This document shows, in pieces, positions 52,541 through 61,843 of a stretch of 64,000 bases of DNA (its first letter is position 1; every line of letters starts with the position of its first letter). The stretch comes from an uncultured Verrucomicrobiae bacterium (GTDB lineage Bacteria; Verrucomicrobiota; Verrucomicrobiia; Chthoniobacterales; UBA10450), in assembly GCA_963756875.1 (NCBI GenBank), contig CAVWPA010000003.1, positions 1,152,001-1,216,000 of the forward strand, read 5' to 3'. The position numbers and the translations under genes are program-made. The notes under the pieces were generated by a model that saw only the letters and a program-made list of their open reading frames with translations, did not search any database and was not told the origin of the DNA.

Positions 52541-52605
52541 CGGCGCGTCTACCTGTCACGCCGGGGCGCCGTGCGAAGGCGGATGACTGGCTGTTTCAGG
52601 GCGCG

Positions 52606-53052
52606 CTATTTCTCGGCGGCCGATGTGTGGTCGTGCACAATTTTCCAGCCTGTTGAAAAATGGCGAAAAATTAATGTGAAACGACCGTGGGGATTGTCGC
52701 TTGCCCGTTTGAGTTTCCACCGGCCGAGCACAACAGCTGCATCGACGCCAAGCGTTGTGATTTCGGTTCCTGAAAAAGTTAGAGTGCCCATTTTAGCGCG
52801 GTCCGAATATTTCTTTTTGTAGCGATTCATTACTTTCTGCCAGCCTCGAGTTACTTCGTCGCCGCTAACGAATACGGTTTCGTCGGAACGCCAGTAACCA
52901 TCCATAAACGCATCAATGTCGCCGCGGTTCCAGGCGTCCTGTTGCATCTTCAGCACCGCTGCAACTTCGGATTGAGGCGATTGTGCAGAAAGCGATGTCG
53001 ACCCAACGATCGCGGCGACAATGCAGGGAATAGTTAAACAGATTACACGCAT
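52606..53052 (-). CDS. Exported NTF2-like (DUF4440) protein
   Basis: QQDAWNRGDIDAFM, WKIVHDHTS; signal peptide. Confidence 0.85.
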   Translation of the reverse strand: MRVICLTIPCIVAAIVGSTSLSAQSPQSEVAAVLKMQQDAWNRGDIDAFMDGYWRSDETVFVSGDEVTRGWQKVMNRYKKKYSDRAKMGTLTFSGTEITTLGVDAAVVLGRWKLKRASDNPHGRFTLIFRHFSTGWKIVHDHTSAAEK

Positions 53053-53058
53053 TGAGCT

Positions 53059-53539
53059 TTATGGCGTCGGGGTCGGGGTAACTTCGGATTGTTTTCTATA
53101 AGTGATGAAAAGCGTTGCGCTTGGCACGGGCGCGACCGTTACAGTCGCAGGACCGGGAATCGTCACTGATTTCGTGAATTCCGGTGGCGACGTTCCAGTG
53201 TCGATGATTGTCGCAGTCAGGTACTGTTTGCGGGGACGGTGTTGGGGTCGGCGTGGGTGTGGGGGTCGCGGTTGGCGTTGGTGTAACTGTGGGAGTAACA
53301 GTCGCAGTCGGAGTTGGCGTGGGTGTTGGAGTACCGGCGTTTACAATCACAACACCCCGCTGAGTGCTGCTGCCTTCCTGCGTAAAGTTATGGATTTGCA
53401 AAAAATGTTTGTCGGGGACAACGATTGTTAACGTCAGGCCGGTTTCAGGGACGATCACGCTCTTGAAGTCACCGGCGATCAGAACCGGAGCAACAACACA
53501 AAGGCAGCTGATCAAGAATGCCGCCGCGCGCCTGCTCAT
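53059..53539 (-). CDS. Secreted hypothetical protein with Pro-Thr linker, +1 frameshift near 53220
   Basis: Removing one base at 53220/1 gives ...QTVLTATIIDTG...GPATVTV...FITYRKQSEVTPTPTP* (159 aa), matching the neighbouring paralogue. Confidence 0.75.
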
Positions 53540-53579
53540 ATTTGGTCTGTGATCCAGCCCGAGTTTTGTGAGCTTGCTG

Positions 53580-53960
53580 CTAGTCCGATTCTTTCTTGTA
53601 AGTTATGAAACAACTGGTTCCATCACCGCATGTAACAGTGACATTAGCCGGGCCTGCGATGACGAGGCGGTTTATAACTTCTAGCGCAGGCGAGCTGTTT
53701 GGATCGATGATAGTTGCGGCGAGTACGTCCGCGGATTGACCAGTAGGAATAAGATACACATTAACGAGCCCACGCATGGTGCCGCCGTCTTGCGTAAAAT
53801 TGCGAATCACCAGATGCTGGCCGTCGGGAACATGGATTGGATCCGGCAGCAGCGTTCCATTTTGTTCAACGATTTTGCTTTTGAAATCGTCTGCGAAAAG
53901 AGATGTAACAGAAGCGAAAAAAAGGAGCGCAAGAAAGAGTCGAGGGAACGGAGTCTTCAT
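53580..53960 (-). CDS. Secreted hypothetical protein, paralogue of 53059-53539
   Basis: Signal peptide; shared DFKS, NFTQ.G, RG.V.V, ATIID, GPA.VTV, FITY.K.S. Confidence 0.8.
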   Translation of the reverse strand: MKTPFPRLFLALLFFASVTSLFADDFKSKIVEQNGTLLPDPIHVPDGQHLVIRNFTQDGGTMRGLVNVYLIPTGQSADVLAATIIDPNSSPALEVINRLVIAGPANVTVTCGDGTSCFITYKKESD

Positions 53961-54161
53961 TTTTCAGGGATCGTAGCGATTGCCCGGTTTGAAGGCAATC
54001 AGCAATCATTCCTGTCACCGCGGCACGTCAGTTGCAACGTGAGGAACTTGTAATAGATTCGCCTCGACGGCGACCAGGTCCTCTTTTTTGAGAGGGCTGG
54101 CGAAGCGAATTGACCGGTCCACTAATATTTTATTAGCATCCTTAGCCTACTAAGTAACACC

Positions 54162-56522
54162 GTGCATCGATTCCTCTGCAGCGCGGTCCTTTTGTTTGTG
54201 GCCGTAGCGGTCGCCTCCGCTCAAGAGGCAAGGAGCGATGCAACTCCATTTCCCGCCGTTGCGCTGGCCACACCAGCGCCGCCGGCACCGGCACCGCCCG
54301 GCGCGCCGCAGACCGTGAAGTTGCAGTATCCGAACAGCGACGTGCAGGACGTGTTGCATTTGTACGAACAGCTCACGGGCAAAAAACTGGTCATGGACAA
54401 TTTCGTCCAGGGCAAGGTCAACATCTTTATCCCTGGTCCGGTCCCGCGCGAAGAAGCGATCAAAATTATTGAGATCAATTTACTGATGAATGGCTATTCG
54501 CTGGTCCCGTCCGAGGGCGACATCGTAAAAGTGATCGGTACCGGGAAAAATCCGCGAACGGCGGGCGTGCCGATTATTTCCGACGAATCGGAGATTCCGT
54601 CCGACGGTCACATCATCAGCTTTCTCTTTAAGTTGCGGTATGCCGATCCGCAGGAACTTCAACAAGTTCTCGGCCAATATCTTTCGCCGCCGCAGCCGTA
54701 CACTTCTTTTCTGGCACTGCCAAAATCAGGCAGCCTGCTTATTACTGAAAATTCGGCCGTCATTCGCACGATCGCGCACATCATTAATCAGGTTGATATC
54801 CCGCCGGCGGAAGTGGTCAGCGAATTCATCAAGCTCGAGCGTGCTGACGCCAGCAAAGTAGTGGACATGTTGAAAGAGGTTTTTGAAAAGGAAGATAAAA
54901 CCGGAGCGCCCGGGCAGGCGGGATATCGGGGTGTGCGAAATGTGCGACCCGGGGGCGTGCCGCAACCGGAGGAGAACGAAGTAGGCGCGTTAACCGCGCT
55001 GACGGAAGAAGCGGTCATCGTCGGCAAGATCAAGCTCGAGGCGGACGTGCGAACAAACCGCATTCACGTCATCACCCGGCCGGTCAACATGCCGTTCGTT
55101 CGTAAATTGATCGCAGAATTTGATGCCAACGTGGAATTCGCCAAGCCGGTCGTGCGATCGCTGGAGTACATCTCTGCGGGTGACGTTCTTCCGGTTATCG
55201 TGCAGGCGCTGACCGAACCGGGAACAACGACTCAAGGGGGCACCGAAGGCGGTGCGGCGGGCGGGCCACCGCAACCGCAGGCGCGGCGTACGCCGGGCAC
55301 GACGGGTCAATATAATCAAGGTGGGCTTTCAAGTACGTCGAGTGCCGGTGGAGAGAGTGGCGCTCTGAACATCTCGGAGGAACTTCAGACGCAGGCGGTC
55401 GATACGACACCGAAGGCTGTCACTGTCGGCAATGCGAAGATCATCGCGGACCAGCGGGCCAACTCGATCATTGTGCTGGGGAACCGGGAAGTGGTGGTGA
55501 AAGTGGAAAAACTGCTCGACGAAATGGACGTGAAGGCGCCACAGGTCGCGCTTAGCACGGTGATCGGGGAGCTCACACTGAATAACGACGAAGAACTCGG
55601 CGTCGATTATTTTGCCAAGTACAAGAACAAGGTCGTCGGCTTTTCGCGCAACACGAATGTGCCTCTTCCTTTCCCTACCGCAACGGTAACCGCTTCGGGA
55701 AGCCCGATTGCCGGCGGTGTTGTTGACCCTGCGAATCTTATCAATTTCAGCCAAGTTCTCCAAGGCGTTGCCAGTGGAACAAACGTTTACGTCGCTGCTG
55801 GAAACTACCTCGCTACGATTATCCACGCGCTGGAATCAACCGGGCGCTTCCGTGTGATTTCGCGACCCATGGTTTTCACCAGCAACAACAAGAAAGCGAT
55901 TATTGCTTCCGGCCAGGAAATTCCGGTTCCGGTGTCTTCGCTGACAAACGTCGTGAACACAAACGTAACGACGGGAACGGCGGCTGTTGCTTCCAACATT
56001 GAATTCAAAAAAGTCGCTCTCCAGCTCGAGGTCGTGCCGTTGATCAACTCGAAAAAGGAGGTCTCGCTGGATATTTTGCAAAAGATCGACAGCATTGCCG
56101 GCAGTCAGGTGATCGATGGGAACTCGATTCCGACCATCGCGACGCGTTATATCCGTTCGAATGTCACCGCGGCCAACGAATCGACGATTGTTCTCGGCGG
56201 TCTCATCACGGACAGTAAAACGAAGAATACTACCGGGATCCCGGTGCTGAGCCGTATTCCTTATCTGGGCGCAGCTTTTCGCAGTACCTCCTATACCAGA
56301 ATGCGCACAGAGTTGATTATTCTAATGTGCCCCGAGGTCACCTTGACCGAGCTTGATCTTCACCGTCTGCGCGAAAAATCTGAGGACAAGACACATTTTG
56401 GTCCCGAAATTGATCAAGGTGAGTGCCCTGATTGTCCGCCGCGCGCCGGTGAAGGTAAGGAACTGGAACAGCTGCCGCCGCCTGATCTGCCGACGGTAAA
56501 AAATGTGCTGGGAGGCAAGTAA
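54162..56522 (+). CDS. gspD: Type II secretion secretin
   Basis: Signal peptide, repeated N-domains (ADVRTN, ADQRANSIIV), GQEIPV, VLGGLI, GIPVLSRIPYLG. Confidence 0.9.
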   Translation: MHRFLCSAVLLFVAVAVASAQEARSDATPFPAVALATPAPPAPAPPGAPQTVKLQYPNSDVQDVLHLYEQLTGKKLVMDNFVQGKVNIFIPGPVPREEAIKIIEINLLMNGYSLVPSEGDIVKVIGTGKNPRTAGVPIISDESEIPSDGHIISFLFKLRYADPQELQQVLGQYLSPPQPYTSFLALPKSGSLLITENSAVIRTIAHIINQVDIPPAEVVSEFIKLERADASKVVDMLKEVFEKEDKTGAPGQAGYRGVRNVRPGGVPQPEENEVGALTALTEEAVIVGKIKLEADVRTNRIHVITRPVNMPFVRKLIAEFDANVEFAKPVVRSLEYISAGDVLPVIVQALTEPGTTTQGGTEGGAAGGPPQPQARRTPGTTGQYNQGGLSSTSSAGGESGALNISEELQTQAVDTTPKAVTVGNAKIIADQRANSIIVLGNREVVVKVEKLLDEMDVKAPQVALSTVIGELTLNNDEELGVDYFAKYKNKVVGFSRNTNVPLPFPTATVTASGSPIAGGVVDPANLINFSQVLQGVASGTNVYVAAGNYLATIIHALESTGRFRVISRPMVFTSNNKKAIIASGQEIPVPVSSLTNVVNTNVTTGTAAVASNIEFKKVALQLEVVPLINSKKEVSLDILQKIDSIAGSQVIDGNSIPTIATRYIRSNVTAANESTIVLGGLITDSKTKNTTGIPVLSRIPYLGAAFRSTSYTRMRTELIILMCPEVTLTELDLHRLREKSEDKTHFGPEIDQGECPDCPPRAGEGKELEQLPPPDLPTVKNVLGGK

Positions 56523-56525
56523 TCT

Positions 56526-56933
56526 ATGAAGAAAGTGATTCTAATCGTGCTGGCGATTGGCCTGAGAACGGCTGTCGCCCAGGTCGGGGAACTTTTCGAA
56601 AATCCGTTTTTCCATTCCAGCGATTCACTTGCGGCTCGGGATGATTTGGGGCTGCTGCATCAAAGCCGGACCGTGAACGACACCGATTATGCGCCGCGAT
56701 ATAGCTGGCGGCCCCTCTATTGGTTCGAAGGCAGAAGAGACCTGATCGCGCAGCCGGCGTATATCGGCGCGTTGCAGCGCGACCTGCAGCGGCTTGGTTA
56801 TTATTGCGGCCCGATTGACGGGGTCTATTCAGTCGACGTAAGGGATGCCATCGCCCGATTGCAGAAGAATTACTCCATGCGTGTGACGGGCACACTCACG
56901 ATTCCTGTTCGACGGGCATTGCACTTGCCGTAG
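56526..56933 (+). CDS. Secreted peptidoglycan-binding domain protein
   Basis: LQRDLQRLGYYCGPIDGVYS..VRDAIARLQ...VTG. Confidence 0.8.
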   Translation: MKKVILIVLAIGLRTAVAQVGELFENPFFHSSDSLAARDDLGLLHQSRTVNDTDYAPRYSWRPLYWFEGRRDLIAQPAYIGALQRDLQRLGYYCGPIDGVYSVDVRDAIARLQKNYSMRVTGTLTIPVRRALHLP

Positions 56934-56989
56934 AATTGTATCGTGAGGGAGCGGAATTGCCAATTCCTGATCGATCCTTCGGCGGATCC

Positions 56990-57063
56990 TGTAGCGGCGG
57001 TCCATGACCGTCGGACGTTTTGGATCCTTGGCACGATTCCGGCGGTCATAGACCGCCGCTACA
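56990..57063. repeat. GTAG-type REP doublet, family B
   Basis: TGTAGCGGCGGTCCATGACCGTCGG ... CCGGCGGTCATAGACCGCCGCTACA. Confidence 0.85.
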
Positions 57064-57067
57064 ACCT

Positions 57068-58795
57068 ATGAGCGCGACAGTGGGCCAATCTGTGATCGAG
57101 CTTTTGCTCGCCAGCGGTGTGCCTTCTCGCGACGAGGCCATCCAACTCGCGCAAAACATGAACGGCGGATCGTGGACCGCGCAGGTACTCGATTCGGGCA
57201 AGGTGGACGAGCAACGCTTTCTCGGGGTGATCGGCGATTTTTTCCGTGTGCCGGTTATTTCGCTCGATCCGAAAGCGATCAGCCGTGACACTTTGTCGAT
57301 CCTGCCGAGCCGCTTTGTTTTCCAGCATCACATTCTCCCGATTGAAGTGAAGGAGAACTCGGTGGTGTTGGCGACTTACGATCTCTTCAATGCGCTGGGC
57401 CGCCAGCTTGCCGGCCAACTTTTGAAAAAGACGCCCGAATGGGTGCTTGTCCCGCGCGCCCAGCTTTTGCGCGCGATGAAAACTGTCTACGGCGTCGGCG
57501 CGGAAACGTTCGATGAAATTTTAAAAACGAATCGTGCCTTCGAAATCCTGCAGGACGTTGAGACAAGCACCGATCTTAATGCCGACGATCCCGAAGCGTC
57601 GGTGGTCAAGTTCGTGAACCAGATCATTCGCGAAGCGATTATCGAACGCGCGACCGATATCCATGTTGAACCGTTGGAAAACGATCTCCGCATTCGTTAT
57701 CGGATCGACGGCATTTTGCACGAAGTGGCGGTGCCGCCGCAGTTGCGTGTTCTGCAATCGGCCATCATCTCGCGTCTCAAAGTGATGTCCCATATGGATA
57801 TCGCCGAGCGGCGTCTTCCGCAGGACGGGCGCATGAATTTGCACGCCACCAATCAGGAAATCGACGTCCGCGTTTCGACTATTCCGACGGTGAACGGCGA
57901 ATCGATCAGTCTGCGTCTGCTTAGCCGCGGCGAACAGCAATTCGGCTTCGATCGCCTCGATATGAGCAAGAAGCAGGAGAAAACCATCCGGCACCTGCTG
58001 GCCCAGCCAAACGGGATTATCCTTCTGACCGGCCCCACCGGTTGCGGGAAGTCGACGACACTCTATTGCTTCCTGACCAGCATCAATTCGGTCCAGCGGC
58101 GCATCATTACCATCGAAGAACCGGTGGAGTATCGGTTGCCCGGGGTCCTTCAGATGGATGTGAAACCCGAGATCGATTTTACTTTCGCCAGAGCTTTACG
58201 TCACATTCTTCGCCAGGACCCGAATGTGGTGATGGTCGGCGAAATCCGCGACATCGAGACGGCGGACATCGCCATCCGCGCGGCGATGACGGGCCATCTT
58301 GTGTTCAGCACGCTTCACACGAACGATGCGGTCGGCGGAATTACCCGTTTGCTCGATATGGACGTCGAGCCGTTCCTGCTCGCCTCGGTCGTGAAATCGT
58401 TCATCGCGCAACGGCTCGTGCGAACGATTTGCTCCGAGTGCGGGGAGAAGGTGGATTACCCGCCCGACTATCTGGCTGAGATTGGATTTCCGGTGAAAGA
58501 ACTCGGCACAAGCTTTCTGCGTGGGAAAGGTTGCGATAATTGCCGGCAAACCGGCTATCAAGGTCGCGCCGCCATCTACGAAATCTGTGTCGTAACCGAA
58601 CCGCTTCGGAAGCTGATCATGCAAAAGCGGGACGGCGGCGAACTCAAGCAGTGTGCCACTTCAGAAGGAATGGTCACGCTGCGGCAGGATGGCTGGCGCC
58701 GTGTGGCACAGGGCCGAACTACGATTGAAGAAGTCGTCCGGGTTACCCAAACGGACGAAGTGATGGCCGAGACCACCGAGGAAAGCAATCGGTAG
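57068..58795 (+). CDS. gspE: GspE/PilB secretion ATPase
   Basis: DIAERRLPQDG, GPTGCGKST, LRQDPNVVMVGEIRD, tetra-Cys Zn module. Confidence 0.9.
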   Translation: MSATVGQSVIELLLASGVPSRDEAIQLAQNMNGGSWTAQVLDSGKVDEQRFLGVIGDFFRVPVISLDPKAISRDTLSILPSRFVFQHHILPIEVKENSVVLATYDLFNALGRQLAGQLLKKTPEWVLVPRAQLLRAMKTVYGVGAETFDEILKTNRAFEILQDVETSTDLNADDPEASVVKFVNQIIREAIIERATDIHVEPLENDLRIRYRIDGILHEVAVPPQLRVLQSAIISRLKVMSHMDIAERRLPQDGRMNLHATNQEIDVRVSTIPTVNGESISLRLLSRGEQQFGFDRLDMSKKQEKTIRHLLAQPNGIILLTGPTGCGKSTTLYCFLTSINSVQRRIITIEEPVEYRLPGVLQMDVKPEIDFTFARALRHILRQDPNVVMVGEIRDIETADIAIRAAMTGHLVFSTLHTNDAVGGITRLLDMDVEPFLLASVVKSFIAQRLVRTICSECGEKVDYPPDYLAEIGFPVKELGTSFLRGKGCDNCRQTGYQGRAAIYEICVVTEPLRKLIMQKRDGGELKQCATSEGMVTLRQDGWRRVAQGRTTIEEVVRVTQTDEVMAETTEESNR

Positions 58796-58867
58796 TAACG
58801 CGGGAGATAGGTTGCGGAAGATAGACGCGGACGGTTCCACACCGCCCGCGACGATGCCGGAGATGCA

Positions 58868-59012
58868 GGGTAGCGCACGCGTCCCGCGTGCTGGTTGCGG
58901 CGTCTCGCCGCAACGCACTTTGATCGACTATCCGCAGGGCGGCATCGGATTGCAGAAGGAAGTTTGCGATGGCGGGACGCCCTCGCCGGCACGCGAGACG
59001 CGTGCGCTACCC
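58868..59012. repeat. REP-like inverted doublet, family A
   Basis: GGGTAGCGCACGCGTCCCGCGTGC ... GCACGCGAGACGCGTGCGCTACCC; contains the rpe stop codon. Confidence 0.85.
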
Positions 59013-59669
59013 ATCTCCCCGTAATTCGCGAATTGCCTCCGCGTAATCTTTTGCGTGGAAAATGGATGTTCCCGCTACGAGGACGTTGGCGCCGTTGTCG
59101 ATCGAGATGCGCGCGGTCTCTGCGTTTATGCCGCCGTCCACTTCAATGTCGAGATTGCGTTCGCGAGTTTTTTTCCATTTGGCGGCGCGCTTCACTTTGT
59201 CCATTTGATCGGCCCGGAACGATTGACCGCCGAAGCCAGGGTGGACCGTCATGACAAGCAGCATGTCGATTTCGTCGAGAAACGGTTCCACGAGTTCGAA
59301 TGCTGTCTCGGGATTCAAGGTCAGTCCCACGCGGCAACCGGCTTTGCGAATTTGCTCCAGCGTTTTTGCGACATCGTGTTTCGATTCCGATTCCACGTGG
59401 ACAGTGATCGAATTTGCTCCCGCTTTCACAAATCGGGGCACGTAATGGTCGGCATGCTCGATCATTAAATGCACGTCGAGCGGGAGCTCTGTTTGCTTGC
59501 GCACCATGGCGACTACAGTCGGGCCGAACGAAATATTATCTACGAAATGCCCGTCCATAATGTCGCAATGGATCCAATCGGCGCCTGCCTGTTCCACGCG
59601 ATGGATCTCGTCCGCCAGGCGGGAAAAATCGGCTGCCAGAATGGAGGGGGCGACGAGAATGCTTCCCAT
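59007..59669 (-). CDS. rpe: Ribulose-phosphate 3-epimerase
   Basis: APSILAADF, HCDIMDGHFV, DVHLM, MTVHPGFGGQ, EVDGG. Confidence 0.96.
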   Translation of the reverse strand: MGSILVAPSILAADFSRLADEIHRVEQAGADWIHCDIMDGHFVDNISFGPTVVAMVRKQTELPLDVHLMIEHADHYVPRFVKAGANSITVHVESESKHDVAKTLEQIRKAGCRVGLTLNPETAFELVEPFLDEIDMLLVMTVHPGFGGQSFRADQMDKVKRAAKWKKTRERNLDIEVDGGINAETARISIDNGANVLVAGTSIFHAKDYAEAIRELRGDG

Positions 59670-59893
59670 GGAGTATTGGAGTAGTGGAGTAATAGAGCAT
59701 TGGCAATTCTTCTTCAGCACTCCATCACTCCGATGCTCCGATACTCCATATATATTAAGAGCTTGACGGCGCGAGCCGGTGTTTCATGTTACCGGCGTTT
59801 CAGGCGGTGGAATCGCGAGCGGCGCGAAAGCGTGCGCAAGGTCGACAGGTGAACGCGCTTCACACAGACTGAAGGCGCGAATTTATTTCATTC

Positions 59894-60931
59894 ATGTTCA
59901 ACGGACTCTTCGGCTGGTTATCCAACGACATTGGAATCGATCTGGGCACGGCCAATACGCTTGTCTACGTAAAGGACCAGGGGATCGTCTTACGCGAACC
60001 ATCCGTCGTAGCCGTACAGGCCGGCACGAACAAAGTGCTGGCGGTGGGCGACGAAGCGAAACGGATGCTGGGCCGCACGCCATCAAACATCGTCGCAGTG
60101 CGCCCGTTGAAAGACGGCGTGATTGCAGATTTCGAGGTGACGGAAGCGATGCTCCGGCACTTCATCGCAAAAGTGCACAACCGGCGGGTACGCGCGCGAC
60201 CTCGTGTAGTGATTGCAGTTCCATCGGGAATTACCGAAGTGGAAAAGCGAGCCGTGCGCGAGTCGGCCACGCACGCTGGCGCGCGAGAGGTTTATTTGAT
60301 CGAAGAACCGATGGCCGCGGCGATTGGCGTTGGACTTCCGGTGCAGGACCCCGCTGGCAACATGATCATCGACATCGGCGGCGGCACGACCGAAGTGGCG
60401 CTGATCTCGCTTTCGGGAATTGTTTTCAGCCGGAGCGTGCGCGTAGCAGGCGACGAGCTCGATGAGGCGATCGTTCAGTACATGAAGCGCGCCTACAATT
60501 TGATGGTAGGCGAACGGACGGCCGAAGAGATTAAGATCAAAATCGGGTCCGCTTATCCCACGGAAAAGGAAACCAGCGTGGAAGTGAAAGGGCGCGACCT
60601 CGTTGCTGGTTTGCCCAAGACACTGATGATCACGTCACAGGAGGTGAGGGAGGCCTTGCTGGAGCCGATCTCGACCATAGTCGATTCCGTGCGCATCACG
60701 CTGGAGCGATGTCCGCCGGAGCTTTCGGCGGATCTGGTCGATCGCGGGCTCGTGCTGGCCGGTGGCGGTGCGCTTTTACGCGGGTTCGATAAACTTTTGA
60801 GCGAGGAAACCGGCCTGCCTGTCCATGTTGCGGAAGATCCCCTGAGCGCAGTGGCGGAGGGAACAGGCAAGTGTCTGAATGAACTTAAATTTTTGCGACA
60901 AGTGGCAGCTGCCGATCGCCAGTGGCGCTGA
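59894..60931 (+). CDS. mreB: Rod shape-determining protein MreB
   Basis: [24 protein letters not shown]. Confidence 0.97.
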   Translation: MFNGLFGWLSNDIGIDLGTANTLVYVKDQGIVLREPSVVAVQAGTNKVLAVGDEAKRMLGRTPSNIVAVRPLKDGVIADFEVTEAMLRHFIAKVHNRRVRARPRVVIAVPSGITEVEKRAVRESATHAGAREVYLIEEPMAAAIGVGLPVQDPAGNMIIDIGGGTTEVALISLSGIVFSRSVRVAGDELDEAIVQYMKRAYNLMVGERTAEEIKIKIGSAYPTEKETSVEVKGRDLVAGLPKTLMITSQEVREALLEPISTIVDSVRITLERCPPELSADLVDRGLVLAGGGALLRGFDKLLSEETGLPVHVAEDPLSAVAEGTGKCLNELKFLRQVAAADRQWR

Positions 60932-61039
60932 CAAGAATTGCGGACCAGCGAATGCGGATTGCGGATTGATCTTTTTCGCACGCTGGCTGATGTGGATCTT
61001 CTGTAATCAGCGTTCCGCATTCCACACTCCGCAATTGTA

Positions 61040-61843
61040 ATGAGCCGCACCAGCATCATCGCGCTGCTGATCTTCGGCGCCATTCTGGGTTATTTCCTCA
61101 GTTTCGGCGCCGGAACGACGCGCAAATTTCAAGCCAGCGTTTACCAACTGCTCGCTCCATTCTTTACGACCGGCTCCGGGTTGCAGAAACAAATTACCTC
61201 CGTCCGCAGCGGGTTGAAGTCGCTCGACGAGCTGGAGCGCGAGAACTCCGGGCTGCGCGTGGAAAACCGGGAACTGCGCGCGACCAATCACGCCTTGCGC
61301 GATGTTGAACATGAAGTGAACCGTCTCAGAGTTGCGCTCAAATATCGGGAGCGTTCGGTTTTCAAACTGGTGCCGGCGGAGATTCTGACGCGTGATTCGT
61401 CCACCTGGTGGCATACCGTCACGATCAATCGCGGCAAGGAAGACGATATCAAAACAGACATGCCCGTCGTGACCGACGAAGGTTTGGTCGGAAAAACGAC
61501 CACGGTGAGTGACACCATCTCCGTGGTACTTTTGATCACCGATGAGAATTGCAAAGTAGCGGCGACGGTCGAAGGAACGCGCGAGCAGGGAATCGTTTCG
61601 GGAGAACGCGTGTCGGGCGGCGTGAGCCCGCTGCTAAATCTCAACTTTCTCTCCAAACAGGCGAACTTGAAGCCGGGTCAAAAGGTTTATACCTCCGGCG
61701 TCGGCGGTGTGTTTCCCTCGGGTTTGCTGGTCGGCACCGTGAAAAGCTTTCATGTCCGGGAACTGGACGGGCAGGCAACGCTGGTGCCGGGGGTTGAATT
61801 ATCGCACTTGGAGGACGTCTTTGTCGTAACAGGCCGGAAATGA
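61040..61843 (+). CDS. mreC: Rod shape-determining protein MreC
   Basis: TM plus coiled coil, GLVGK, TSGVGGVFPSG. Confidence 0.93.
   Translation: MSRTSIIALLIFGAILGYFLSFGAGTTRKFQASVYQLLAPFFTTGSGLQKQITSVRSGLKSLDELERENSGLRVENRELRATNHALRDVEHEVNRLRVALKYRERSVFKLVPAEILTRDSSTWWHTVTINRGKEDDIKTDMPVVTDEGLVGKTTTVSDTISVVLLITDENCKVAATVEGTREQGIVSGERVSGGVSPLLNLNFLSKQANLKPGQKVYTSGVGGVFPSGLLVGTVKSFHVRELDGQATLVPGVELSHLEDVFVVTGRK

Noticed and set aside
53231..53336. Periodic GGCGT/GGTGT pattern as a possible CRISPR or VNTR
   Set aside because: It is the codon pattern of the Pro-Thr linker; there are no repeat-spacer units and no cas genes.
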